Shown here: piece after piece, positions 49,536-61,730 of the stretch
Position numbering within the stretch: the first letter of the stretch is position 1
How the letters are laid out: the number at the start of each line of letters is the position of its first letter
Assembly (NCBI GenBank): GCA_043228905.1
Contig: JBHGNT010000011.1
Coordinates: 21,142,001-21,206,000, forward strand
Direction of reading: 5' to 3'
Length of the DNA: 64,000 bases
Origin: Azolla caroliniana
Taxonomy: Eukaryota > Plantae > Polypodiophyta
The notes under the pieces: generated by a model
Seen by the model: only the letters and a program-made list of their open reading frames with translations
The model's database searches: none
Told to the model about the DNA's origin: nothing
Position numbers and translations under genes: made by a program

Positions 49536-51863
49536 ATGGAGATGGTAACATTCATGAGTTTCCTTTTATTACTGTTTAGACAACAAGGTGGCATCATTGT
49601 GATGTGTTGGGGCCTTCAATTCCACCATACCACATTCAGTGGCATGGACGATGCTGCAGACATTTCCATAGTGACGCAGTCGTGGTACCGAGGTCCCGAC
49701 GCACACTTCGGAGTGTCACCCGATGTTAGCTCGAGTACTGGCATTTGGCTGACCCCTATAACCACGGGTTCGGGATCTAGCCCTGACCCGACTCATCTCG
49801 GTCGAATAGTGTTCAAAGACCCCTATCTTTTCGACTCCGCCACCGCATCCTTCCAAACTTCCTTCGTCTTCCAGATCATCACCACGCGGTCGTACGGTGA
49901 GTGCGGGAGCGGGATGGCCTTCTTTGTGTCGGAATCTCGAGAAGCTCCAAATAATAGCGATACTTACGGTGCCTTTGGGCTCCTGGACCCGAACCAAGGA
50001 TATACGTCGGCTCCACAGGAAGCATCTATAAGGGCCAACAACAACACCACTTTGTCGAATCACTTCTTCGCGGTAGAGTTCGACACACGGCTTCATCCGA
50101 TCAACAGGGATCCAAGCGCGAGCCACATCGGGATTGACATCGATTCCGTCATCTCTTCAAACATCACCGACACATCATCATCATCGGGTGTTACTTCTTC
50201 TTCATTCTATCCTGAACTCTACCTCTACAACAATTCGACATTCATGGCGTGGATAGATTATGACTTTACATCCAAGATGATTCAAGTGAGGATGATCAAT
50301 ATGAACACCAGCACCACTATATCGCCCCGCAGCCGCCGCCCCCTCGATCCTTGCTTGCTTTTTAGCTATGATTTGTCGACGCTGTTTTGGGGGAAGTACG
50401 TTTTTGTGGGGTTCTCGGCCACGAGTGCGCCCAACACACGAGGAGCAGAAGGCCATGTGATCTACGCCTGGAACTTCAGCAACGAGATGGGTAGTTACAG
50501 GGGCAAGGCGCAGAGAAGAGTGGACGTGATTGTGGCGGCCATATCTATTCCGTTAGGATTAGCTGTCTTGGCTGCAGGAGCAATTGTGGTAGTGCGCTTC
50601 TTTCGAGCAAGGAGTGGACGGAGGATGGAGAGGCAGAGGCAGCAGGTAGGGGGCATTCACATGGCGAAGCACGCCGATCCATTGCAAGATGTGCTTCGGG
50701 CGGTGCCTCGATACACATACCGAGAGTTGCAGAGGGCAACAGAGGGGTTCTCGGACAGGAACAAGGTGGGCGAAGGCGGGTTCAGCAGTGTTTACAGGGG
50801 GGTATTGAGCGACGGGACTGTGGTGGCGGTGAAGAAGCTCAAGGAAGGGGCGAGGAGAGAGGCGGAGTTCTGCGCGGAGGTGGGCATCATCAGCAAGGTG
50901 CGGCACCGGAACCTGGTGGAGATGGAGGGCTGGTGCTATGACCAGGGAGAAGCCATGGTGGTGCAGAGGTACATGAGCGCCGGAAGCTTAGACGCCTACC
51001 TGTTCGAGGAGAAGAGGAAGAGGGGCGGCAGGCGGAAGGTTCTAGAAGCATCGGAGCGGCGCGTGATCTTGGAAGGAGTGGCGGCGGCTCTCGAGTACCT
51101 CCACCACGACTCGGCCCTCGGGGAGTGTGTTCTCCATCGGGACGTGAAGGCAGCCAACGTGCTCCTCACCTCCGAGATGGAGGCCAAGCTGAGCGATTTC
51201 GGGCTTGCCCGACTCGTCTCCCGTGACCGCTCGGTGAGCATGACTGCCGCCGGCACGCCCGGAAGCATCGCGCCCGAGGTCGTCTACCGAGGGAAAGTCA
51301 CCGACAGGGCGGACGTGTATAGCTTCGGCATTCTCGCGCTAGAGCTCGCGGCAGGACGCAGAGCCATATGTAAAGGGCCCACCAAGTGGTTCTTGCGTAT
51401 GCCTCCTCCTGCTATGGGACATGAAATGGACGACTCTGCAGACCAGTGTATAAGTGACAATACATCCGAGGATCTATTGGACTCCGTATGGCGACTCCAC
51501 ATGGATCCGGATCATGACATTGTCGAATCGTTGGATCCATTCATCGCATCTACGACTGATACACGTGCCGTTGAGTACTGGAGAAATGTTCTCCATTTGG
51601 CTCTCTTGTGTTGCCACCCGGTGCCAGATTGTCGCCCGAGCATGCGCCAGGTTGTCCAAGTTCTTCGCTCTTGTCACCGTGTCATGGTACCTGCCACTAG
51701 GCCATCCTACCCTTTCGGCAATAACGATCACTTGTCTAACACAAACATGGCTGATCAATACCACCATATTGATGTAACCGGAACTCCAACATGCAATGCA
51801 ATTATATCATCATCTTTGTCCAGAGGCAATTGCTTGGTGTCCGATGTACTCTCTCCCCGATAG
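49536..51863 (+). CDS. L-type (legume) lectin receptor-like Ser/Thr kinase, intronless
   Basis: Signal-like MEMVTFMSFLLLLF.. at ATG 49536 (the ORF opens at 49377). Lectin motifs SFQTSFVFQI, GSGMAFF, FAVEFDT, HIGID, FVGFSA..H.IYAWNF. TM segment VIVAAISIPLGLAVLAAGAIVVV. Kinase motifs GEGGFSSVY, VAVKK, HRDVKAANVLL, DFGLAR, APE. Confidence 0.95.
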   Translation: MEMVTFMSFLLLLFRQQGGIIVMCWGLQFHHTTFSGMDDAADISIVTQSWYRGPDAHFGVSPDVSSSTGIWLTPITTGSGSSPDPTHLGRIVFKDPYLFDSATASFQTSFVFQIITTRSYGECGSGMAFFVSESREAPNNSDTYGAFGLLDPNQGYTSAPQEASIRANNNTTLSNHFFAVEFDTRLHPINRDPSASHIGIDIDSVISSNITDTSSSSGVTSSSFYPELYLYNNSTFMAWIDYDFTSKMIQVRMINMNTSTTISPRSRRPLDPCLLFSYDLSTLFWGKYVFVGFSATSAPNTRGAEGHVIYAWNFSNEMGSYRGKAQRRVDVIVAAISIPLGLAVLAAGAIVVVRFFRARSGRRMERQRQQVGGIHMAKHADPLQDVLRAVPRYTYRELQRATEGFSDRNKVGEGGFSSVYRGVLSDGTVVAVKKLKEGARREAEFCAEVGIISKVRHRNLVEMEGWCYDQGEAMVVQRYMSAGSLDAYLFEEKRKRGGRRKVLEASERRVILEGVAAALEYLHHDSALGECVLHRDVKAANVLLTSEMEAKLSDFGLARLVSRDRSVSMTAAGTPGSIAPEVVYRGKVTDRADVYSFGILALELAAGRRAICKGPTKWFLRMPPPAMGHEMDDSADQCISDNTSEDLLDSVWRLHMDPDHDIVESLDPFIASTTDTRAVEYWRNVLHLALLCCHPVPDCRPSMRQVVQVLRSCHRVMVPATRPSYPFGNNDHLSNTNMADQYHHIDVTGTPTCNAIISSSLSRGNCLVSDVLSPR

Positions 51864-52799
51864 TGTTGTCCATGAAGGGGAAGCTTGTCGATGAGGTGAG
51901 GAGGAGAACGTTAGGACGAATCCAAGAAGGTTGTGGGTGACATTTCCATAAGGTACCATAATTACCAACGAAAGAATAATCCAATGTGAAATATGTAGTG
52001 GCCTTTTAAGTTTTTGCGGAACTCTTCCATGTGTAAACGCCCCCAACTTACGAGGAGAAAAATGTAGGTTGATCAAGGAGCCAAGGGTTTTATGTCATGA
52101 TATCCTCCTATTTTTTATCTTAATACTATATGTCCACTAATTTGAAGGTCTTATGTGAAGCAAAACACAACAACAGAACCGCAATAAAATCCTACATTTT
52201 AGTATAAAGATGCTTTATATTATTTTGAATTGAGAACATGTAACTAGAACTTTGTTGGCAAACGTCAAACTTTGTTTTACTGTGAAGTGTTATTTCATTA
52301 AACCTCCATGAATTTTATCAGTCTTGCTTATGGTGAAATATGTCTACAACGATACAATGCACAAGATAATGAGCACCGTTTTTACTCTAATTATAGCATT
52401 AAAGCATTACACCTTAAGGATTGCAACAAGAAAGAGGCTATGACGAGCTATTGATATGAGATTTTTGGTATAGACAATGCATATGTTCTTCACATAATGC
52501 CTAGGTTATTGATGAATCAATGTACTTTTGTTGGCATCTCCATTCATCATACTTAATGACAGTTTATATAATGTATCTCACTTTGAAATTCTCTCCAATT
52601 TCTAATTTTCTTGGAATAATATAAAGAAATAGCTTTGGGGAAATCGAGCTTTCAATGTGTATTGTTAAATTCTTATGACCCTCTCTCTTTTTCAAGTGTT
52701 CAACAAGTTTTAAGTTAATCCAACTTAGATGACTTAATCACTAGATTCATACCTTTTCCATGAGGAGACTTGAACACATTAAGACTTCATGAAGAAATC

Positions 52800-53900
52800 A
52801 AAGTATTCTACCCACCGAGACACCCTATGTCTCCAAATTTCTATTATCTATACACGACATGGGTCTTGTTGCAAGTGTTAGAGACATAATGACAATGTAT
52901 GGCACCACGGTTGCTACAAAACTGTTGGAATATCTGAGGGTCTAATAAGGGTGTTATTTGGTAATTGTGATTAGGAAATAATTGGTTGAAGAGAGAGACC
53001 AAGTGCCACAAGAAAATCTAGGGAATACACATTCAAAGCTTTGAAGAGATAATAGAACCTAACCTTAGAAGAGATAACAGAACCTAACCTTAGAAGAGAT
53101 AGTTGAGCACCCACACTAATAACTGCCACAAGTGCAATGTTGTCATGGACATAGGAGAATCTAGAGAAGGTTGAGAGTCTCTCTCTATACATTTGGAACT
53201 AGAATCCTTGATGTGTGAGATATTTAATGCATGACTATCCACACCACCTTTGCATTCTCATAAGAATTATTACATTACGCATGCTTATAGCCTATGATGT
53301 TGCACCTCAGTGATCGTGACATCATCTCCTCTAGCATTGACTTCCAACCACACGTTGATGGGGTACTAGTGATGGAGCTCCTGAAAAGTGTCTTTTGTAT
53401 TGTCGATGTGTGCCAGAGCATGGGCAATCATTCGACAAGTTTAGATACCAATGTTGGCGTCTTTTCTTGAGTACCACTTTGACTTCGTGTGTTCTCACGT
53501 TTATGAACTCTATTAGAGCATGTAGCTTCTGTTAGTGATGGGGAATTGTGAGCTCATGATAAGGCTCCGAGAGCATGATGTCTATAACAAGAATCCAAAA
53601 GTGCATAGGGAGGCTGAGTAAAAAAGCCATTGGTTTACTTGTTTCATAATATGGAAAGGACCGATCTACTTGTAGTCCAACTTGGGTATTAGACACTATG
53701 ATGTGGCATTGCATAAGCGAAACTTTATCTCTAGCCTTGAAATCAAGAATGTGGACACACTAGAGGTTCCTCAAGGCTTCACCATCGGGCTAACCCATGG
53801 CCAAGCACAACATAAGGACCAAGTTGATTGTAGGCTTAAAGGGTTACTAATCTAGTAGGGATAGTCAAAAGGAATCATGGATGAAAAGCTTTATTTGCAA
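52800..53900 (-). mobile_element. Probable decayed LTR-retrotransposon remnant
   Basis: Minus strand ...CCAACA-T-TGGTATCTAAAC at ~53438-53457 resembles an LTR end followed by a tRNA-iMet primer-binding site (TGGTATCAGAGC). There is a 26-bp duplication at 53053-53101. Boundaries are uncertain. Confidence 0.3.
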
Positions 53901-54104
53901 AGAACAGAGTAACGTCATTTGAGGAGTCTACAATACTATTATAGGCAAACTCAACAAGCAAGAATCAAATTTAATCATCTTGTTCATAACTCTTTATTCA
54001 CCGAAGTTGTTGCACGAAGATTTGAATATTTGTTATGTTTAGCTATTACTGTAAATATGAAATGTTGCTAACACAATCTTTTATGCCAAATGTTGCATTC
54101 ACAA

Positions 54105-54436
54105 TTGTGTTATAAGTTGTGATAGTTATACATGCTAATCCAATGAATTTGTTATGGCCCTTTGTTGCCACTTATTTGATAAGTTGTACTTGTTGTACAT
54201 GCTAATCCAATGAATTTGTTATGGCCCTTCATTGCCACTTATTTGATAAGTTGTACTTGTTGTATTGTAATCCTAATCCAATGAATGTATTATAATTTAT
54301 CACCCTTCATTTTGAAGTGTGTTATAAGTTGTACTTGTTGTACACACTAATCCAATGAATGTGCTACAAGACTTTGTTTTCAATTGTGTCAAAGTTGTAC
54401 TTGTTGGAAGCTCTAATCCAATGAATGTGCTATGGC
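54105..54436. repeat. Minisatellite, 5 copies of 66-74 bp with a conserved ~36-bp core
   Basis: Core AAGTTGTACTTGTTGTACATGCTAATCCAATGAAT; CTAATCCAATGAAT occurs at 54135, 54202, 54273, 54347 and 54413. Confidence 0.9.
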
Positions 54437-57400
54437 TCTAAACATGTGGTCTTTAAGAAGTGGAAATTTCTTATCAATGAAATTTACATCTATGACTACA
54501 AAGTGTAGAATCGAAGCACACTAGCCTTTGCTAGGAGCTATTATTGCTCCATAACAACCAAGATAAAAAGGTAATTGTAGCACAAAAAGATGATAACAAC
54601 TTAAAATTCGAGTAACATTTGCTTTACTATTGTTCCTGTTAATTACTAAAAGAATATCCATTGCCCCTCGTATATGGGGTAACACCACATCTACCCCTTG
54701 TAGTTAGAGTATCCCTTGTAGTCGTCGGAGTATCAAGAATGAAGATATGTTTGTGGTCAAAGTTCAAACAGTTATTTACTCATTGCATGATAATATATGG
54801 GGTGAATAACTTTATTGAATGTAATGAAAAATAAACTATCTACATGGTGATGGATATCTTTATTGAATCGTTAATGAATTTGTTTGATTATGTATGCCAT
54901 TAATGTATTAGTTAGAATAACTATTCCGACAAAGTAATAAAAACTAACAAGTAATATGTACATATTTTCATTGTTGACAATTAATGGGTTCATTATAGTA
55001 TAGATTAAACTAGATTAAGTAGAATAATAAATTCCATAAAGTTATTCATCCCTATAAGTGATCTACAGTAAGTAAAATCTATTAGAACTATGTCGAAGGG
55101 CTCATATTGATATTACTGAAACAACAAGTTGGGGTAGACTGATATTACCATATATAGTATAGTATATACCAGGGGTGCTTTTGATCTTTTTCCCGAAATT
55201 GTTTTTTAACCACTTTGAATAGACTTCTCTATAGACAAATATCTTTTTCAATTCCAAGATAGCTTCGGAAAATCCATATACAACCTCAGAGAATATTTGT
55301 TTGCAATCTTTATTTTTTCTCGAGGGGATTTTGTTAAAAACAAAATACCTTCAAACCCATGTTGCAATGTCTCATTAAGATTGGAAGATCCTCATCCTAA
55401 TGTTACTTCAAATTAGATTATCTACCCATGGCGACACTACTGCTACTCATAGACCAATGGCAAGGTATTTTACTATGCTTGTTTTGGTGTGATTATATGC
55501 ATTGGTAAAAGGAAATATGATGGAAAACATTGACACTCAAGGCGGTCTTTTAACTTTAGATGTAATAAAAAAAAAATGAGAAACTTATTAAAGTTTGACC
55601 TTTAATAACACCCGAAATTTCAACAATTCTCCTCAAGGAATGGTAGAAATCTTAACCCAACTAGCCTATTTCCTATAATTGGTGACTAGATTTTACTTCC
55701 TACTAAACTCCATCAATGAAATGTCAATAAGTTACTAGTCTTCAATGTCTTTGATTACTTTTGAGACATAGAGATTAGCAATCCAATGGATTTGAAGTCC
55801 AAAAGTTTAAAACAACTTGAGCTCCTCATTGGCAATCTCTCCAAGAAAGCCCCCTCGAGTTTATAAAATCTGATTGTAAGAGCTCACCACGATTTGCAAG
55901 GTTCCTCTTTATCGTGTCACGTGTGTATGTGTGCCTATTCAAAAGACTTGGATAACCTAACATATCTGTCTCTCAATCATTTCTTGGAATAGCCAATGGG
56001 ACAAATGCACTCCCTTGTTTAAGAAGTTGATGTTGGGAGCCATGAGTAATGATCTAGAAATCCAAGGTTAAAAAATACGAAAGGTAAGGCATAATTTGAT
56101 TATCATCCCGTAACATCATACTTGTAATTTTGTAAACTACATCGTTGTTGCTCAAAATCAAATAGACTTGCAAGATACAAATGTATGCAATCTATATATA
56201 TTTGTTTAGGTCCTTGATCTACTTGAAATAACGTTATTTGACTTAATTTCATGCCTATTTACCTTGATTCTTATGTTCCTTATACCCTAAGATCAATGTT
56301 TAAGTTAGGATTTAGATATATGTTAATTAAGATATTATGTGTTGGACTAACTATTATGAAAAACAAATATTGAATGTTGCTAATCTCTCACCATAACTTG
56401 GAGTAGAAAAAAGAAAAAATGGATGAAAGTAGAAATACTCTTTTTTTACCTCGAGGAACTTTGATTAACTAGATGCCATTGAGATCTTGAATATCGAAAA
56501 AATACAAGCATTCAGAAAATTTGTAGACTTATGAAGGATACACTTACTAAACTTAAATTATCGAAAGAAATGTGGAAAGCATTTTAAAATGTTCTAAGAT
56601 TCTAAACCCAATCTTAATCAGATCTAGCTCTTAACATGAAGTGGAGCATGAAGCAATATTCAAGAAAATCGATAATTACAATTTTTTGAATCATGTTTTT
56701 AGGAGCAAACTAATCGTGTGGTCGAACCCAAACAAGAATTATGTAAAGATTTGAGAATGATTTCAACATCAAATCCCTTGCTCATGACAAATTTAGACCT
56801 TCGCATTCATATTTGAATCTTCAATAACATAACCTAGTGGATCTAAATTATAATATATAAAGGCAATGCTTTCACATTGTGGCTTAGCCCAAAATGTCTT
56901 GTTTTGTCATAGAGGCCTTCTATGCGCTCAATTTCATGTTCTAAAAGTCATTGATTAAACCTAATGCAATCTAACATGTATCTTATCTAAATATCTCGAA
57001 GTACTTGTTAATTGTGAAGGATCACTAAATGATTGCAATAAGCCTTCTAAACACAATTTCTAAGGGTTCATAGCAACACTCAAACTTTCTCAACTCGATG
57101 CCGCTATACGTAATAATACCATCATTTCAATGAATGGGCAAATGACAACTTATACGTCATAACTTCCCATATATCTTGTAAAACAATTCAAACACTGAAA
57201 CATTCTCAATCAAATCATAATAGTTACCAAGAGTCTCCATACAAGGAATATGTGTATTGGATGATTATATGAGCAATATAACCATGATGTTGTATAATAT
57301 AGCATGGAGATGACAATACTAACTCCAAACTCAAAGTACCATCAGCATGGGATCAAACAGAGCACTCCATGGACAATCACTATGCCATGGTTGTGCAATC

Positions 57401-58295
57401 CAAGATATTTTGAAATGCATAAAATTTACTATGTATGCGACCCTGCCCTTAATAACAATTCTCATGGGATACCCCGCTAAAACATGCCAGTCAAACTCGG
57501 AGATTGGGCTTATATTTACGAAGTCAAAAAAATCAGGCATAAAATTATACAAAAATTGCTCCTATAAACTTGTTATTAAACAAAAACAAGATTATTTATG
57601 TAATTGAAAAAGGTAACCCGTCACATAAATCATGTCAAATTTACCCGTCCTATGATATCTCATCCGATCAATAATAACGAAACGAAATCCACAGCATTAT
57701 CTACATTGATTTCGCTTTCTTTTTGTTAACAGATCAAAGCCCGGAGGACATAAAGATACCCAATGGCTCATTTTTCTTATCTCATTTATACATACGACAT
57801 AAGAAGAAATTACATTGAATCTTTTTCTCTTTTTTATATTTGATAAAAAGAAAGGATTTAAAGAAATTACAGACAAATATTGGGCACTTACTGCACTTTT
57901 TTGCAGTCCAACCTGGCCAATATTTCAAACGGAACAGGAAAAAGGAGGGAATAAAAAGCAGAATGAAAAGAGAGAGGGAGAGAGATGCAGAAAGAGAGCA
58001 AAAAACACCATTGAGCTTTATAAAATATACAAAATCGCTCTCCTTTTTTTGCTCTAAAAAATAATCAAAAATATAAAAGAGAAACAAATCTAATCTCTCC
58101 CGCTTTTCCTTTTCTCTGCCAAATCCAGCTGCTACTGTTAGTTATGGACGAAGATTTATCCTTACATCTTCACCATATATTGAATCAAACCTTCATTGAT
58201 TCGTAAGCATCGAACCATTGCGTTTTAATGGAACAAAAACGGATTAGTTAAATCAAGGGGAAGAAGATCAAAGAAGAATTTTCTAGAAGTTCTTC

Positions 58296-60855
58296 TCAAT
58301 GTCTTCTTTGCCTCTTATAAGGGTTAGAATCACAGTCTTCTATAGTTTCCAAACTGTCTAACTTCGAGTGAAATGAATTGCATCTGCTGCTATTATAATC
58401 TACATTGCTGTGTTCTTGATCTGTCAGATGATAATACAGCACTGTGTTAGGACTGAGAGGGAATTTGAAGTGTCTTCCTCTTAACGTTAGTGTTGGAGAC
58501 GATGACAAGGGATCAACAATTAAGGACTCCATAAGCACATAACAGCTTCTCAACTTTTCCTGCAAATTCGTATGTGTTGGTATTAATCAATAAGCTAGCA
58601 TATACATAGAGAAATAGAACTTCTACGTAAGGATATAAATCAAATAGAAATGATGACATATGCTCAAGAAGAACATGTATGCATATGATATTAAGAACTT
58701 TGGATCATTATTGAAAGAAGAGGTAATAAGAAAACTTGATGCGACTGATAGCAATCCAACAACTCTTATATATATTAAGAAGAATTTGAGCGTTTAGTAT
58801 ATAAAATTAAGGAGAAATGTGGATCACACGTTATAAATAAAGAGGATATGCAAAAATGTAGTAAGTGTAACTAAAACAAGAAAGCTTACTGTGATAAAAC
58901 TATGATCAATTTAATTGTTAAAAATGATTCAACAATTCATACCACATCCAAGGGAATGTAATTGATGATCAAAAGCTTGAGATGATCAGCTTGAACAGGA
59001 AGAACTTCTTCTAGCGCACAACAAATTGTTGTTACACCTACAACAAAAGGCTCGAAATCCAGAAATTCGGCTTCTGTATTACATATCGAATCAAGTCAGC
59101 CAAAGAAAACCGAGGAGAAAGTTATAAGACTCTGATGACTTTACAAATGTAATGTTTCCTTTACAATGTAGGTAAATAGTTAATTACCTGCTAATGTCGC
59201 TAGCAAGAGTTCTGATGCACGCACCATCAAAGAACTTTTGAGATTTTGGTTAAGATCAGGTAAATGATTTATGCCTTTCTCTACAAACGTGTAAGAGGTT
59301 ATTGATCTCAATCTCCATCCTAAAGAGCTCAAAACATTCAATTCCATTCTTTGCACTGTTTTAGGTTGAAACAGATGTTCCATTCCATCTGTCTGCACAA
59401 AAACGAAATTAAAAAAAGTTTCAGTATACAATATTGAAATATAGTAGAGGCATTAACGTTTCAGGTCAATGGATAAAAAGAGTAATTGCAGTGCATGAGG
59501 GCATCTTAAGACTTCAAACAGTGAGCTCAAAGACTACATAAAAACTTACATCAATCGAGATGAAATTAAGTAAAATGAGAAGTTAATGTACACGCACCTG
59601 CAAATCAAGAAGTATAGGAACGTCTACTTCTTCCATCTTTGCTGCAACAGAGAGACACGCCACAGCAAGAAGCTCCATCATCCAAGGCTTCCATGACTAA
59701 AAGAAGTTAAAGAAACAGTTAGATCTGACTTTAATATAAAATGAAACAATGCAGGTTATAATGGCTAAGAAATTTCAAGATTAAGCTCATCACTAGTAAA
59801 ATTTATAAAGCATGCATTAATAACACAAAATTTGAGAGAAAAAATTCACCATTGTCAAATTGTTCTCAATGTAACGATCCATGTAATTCACAGCCAAAGT
59901 CGTTGTTAATGGACTGAACGCGAGGATGAAATGGGCCTGCATTCAATGTAAAGAGAAACATTGCAACTGTCAGTTGAGCAAAGATCGACATCTGATCATT
60001 TATAACCGATAACAGTCATCTGGTCATTTTAGAGATGCTTATTATGCTTTGGTTCTTTCTTATCAGAAGCTAAAAAACCGCGCCTTCTTTCAAAACATAA
60101 TTTATGAGGATCGTGCATTACAGTACAGTAGGATCCGATCACGCTTTTTAGATTATTTAAACAATTTCACAACTCCTCTAAGTTTTGAGGTCCTTTCTCA
60201 TAAGGAATGAAGTATCTTGCTCGACAAAAGATCGATTTACTGGCAATTTCTTTCCGATCTTCAGAAGCTATGACGGAACGTTTAATAAGCGAGATTCGAT
60301 GCAGCACAACAATTCTTAGGGCTCCTTTTCTATTACACTAGCATAGCTCGAAAGATTCTTTAATATCATAAGACGATATGGCATACCGTAACCTAAGCCC
60401 TAAGCAGAAATAAAATTGCATATAGTAACATTTCTTGTTTTATCCTTGTAGTGTACCTTGATTATCCATCTAATTGCATTGCATCGAAATTCAGAGAGCT
60501 GAGGTTTAGATCGGAGTTCGGATGAGTAGATTCCCCTTTTAGGAAAATATTCTGAGTATTTTTTCTGTAGAAAATCTATGGAAAGTTCATCATCGCCATC
60601 TCCAGGGAAAGAGAAGGGAGTAAAACCACCGAAAGTAGGCGAAGTTCGATGTTCATGACGATGGTGATGATGCAGAAGTAGAGAAGAAGAATTCGAAGGA
60701 GAAGTAGAAGGAGAAGTGGCTGTGCTTGAATTATATTCTTCATCTGTGTTATACAAGGCACTAGAAGATGAGTTCAAGAAGCCATTGTTGGCGCTCGGGC
60801 TAGCATTGAAGTTCAGTTCTTCACAGCATAGAAGGCTGTGCTCCGCAAGATCCAT
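58296..60855 (-). CDS. CYCD: D-type cyclin (6 exons)
   Basis: N-terminal LxCxE Rb-binding motif (LCCEE). Exons approx. 60457-60855 (..RCNAIRWIIK), 59850-59936 (AHFILAFSPLTTTLAVNYMDRY), 59598-59696 (WMMELLAVACLSVAAKMEEVDVPILLDLQ), 59187-59393 (FQPKTVQRMELNVLSSLGWRL), 58941-59072 and 58296-58560 (..KRQRRH*). Confidence 0.93.
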
Positions 60856-60869
60856 GGAAGCTTGAAAGG

Positions 60870-60872
<3 letters not shown>

Positions 60873-60911
<39 letters not shown>
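60873..60911. repeat. (GA)n microsatellite in the CYCD 5'UTR, ~17 nt from the ATG; further (CT)n tracts at ~61561, 61698 and 61760
   Basis: About 19 GA units. GAGA elements are known BBR/BPC binding sites in plants. Confidence 0.9.
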
Positions 60912-60915
<4 letters not shown>

Positions 60916-61694
60916 GATGATGAATCAGAAGAAGATAAAACTGTGTAGAATCGAGATGCTGATGGAATAAGCTATGTCGAGCTTAATCGATGAAGGAAAA
61001 GGAACAGTTATCCGCAGAGAGAGAGAGAGAGAGTAACACGCGGAAGCAAGATTTAACAGTGGCAAGATTCGACAGAAAGAGAAGAAGCAGAATTTCACAG
61101 AGAAATACGTGAGGGAACGAGAGGAAGAAATCAAAATATGACGAGGCAGAAAACAAAAACAGAAGAAGCTATGATGAGCTCGACTGACGAAGAAGAGGAG
61201 GTGGAGGAGGGGGGGTCACGTGAAATACGAGAGAGAAAGAGATCAAACAGTGCAGACGCAAGAACCAGCGGACGAAGCTATGGCGAACTTAAAGGAAGAA
61301 GAAGAAGAAGAAGAAGAGGTAGAAGAAATACACAGCGAAATGTAAGAAGTACGAAGGAGAGAAGAAGAAGAAGGAGGAGATAAATAATAGAGTGAGAGAT
61401 TTTTTGCATATAAACAGGTCAAATTTGGCCAGAAGATTTTTAATAAGAAAAATAAAATAAGGAAATCTAAACAAACAAATTAGAAACAAAAAGAAAAATA
61501 CGTCGTGAGATTTTTATTAATTTTAAGGAAATCAAAAAATAAAAGCCACAGCCCACACAATCTCTCTCTCTCTCTCTCTCTCATTCGTTATGTATTCCCC
61601 GCCAATTCCTCTCTTTCTCTTTCTATCGTAAAGCCCTTTTTATTTTCTTCGTTCCTTTTTCTTTCTGTTGGTAAAGAACTCGCGGTTTTCTTCG

Positions 61695-61730
<36 letters not shown>

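Noticed and set aside
50480-51360. Horizontal transfer or contamination suggested by high GC
   Set aside because: The segment is in frame within a typical land-plant LecRK (RLK/Pelle kinase), so the GC shift alone is not evidence of foreign origin.
40285-51777. Many antisense or alternate-frame ORFs overlapping the PPR and LecRK genes
   Set aside because: Shadow ORFs caused by repeat structure and GC-rich codon use; no independent motifs.
54105-54436. CRISPR array
   Set aside because: The spacers are homologous to each other, the repeats are degenerate and non-palindromic, there are no cas genes, and the context is plant nuclear DNA.
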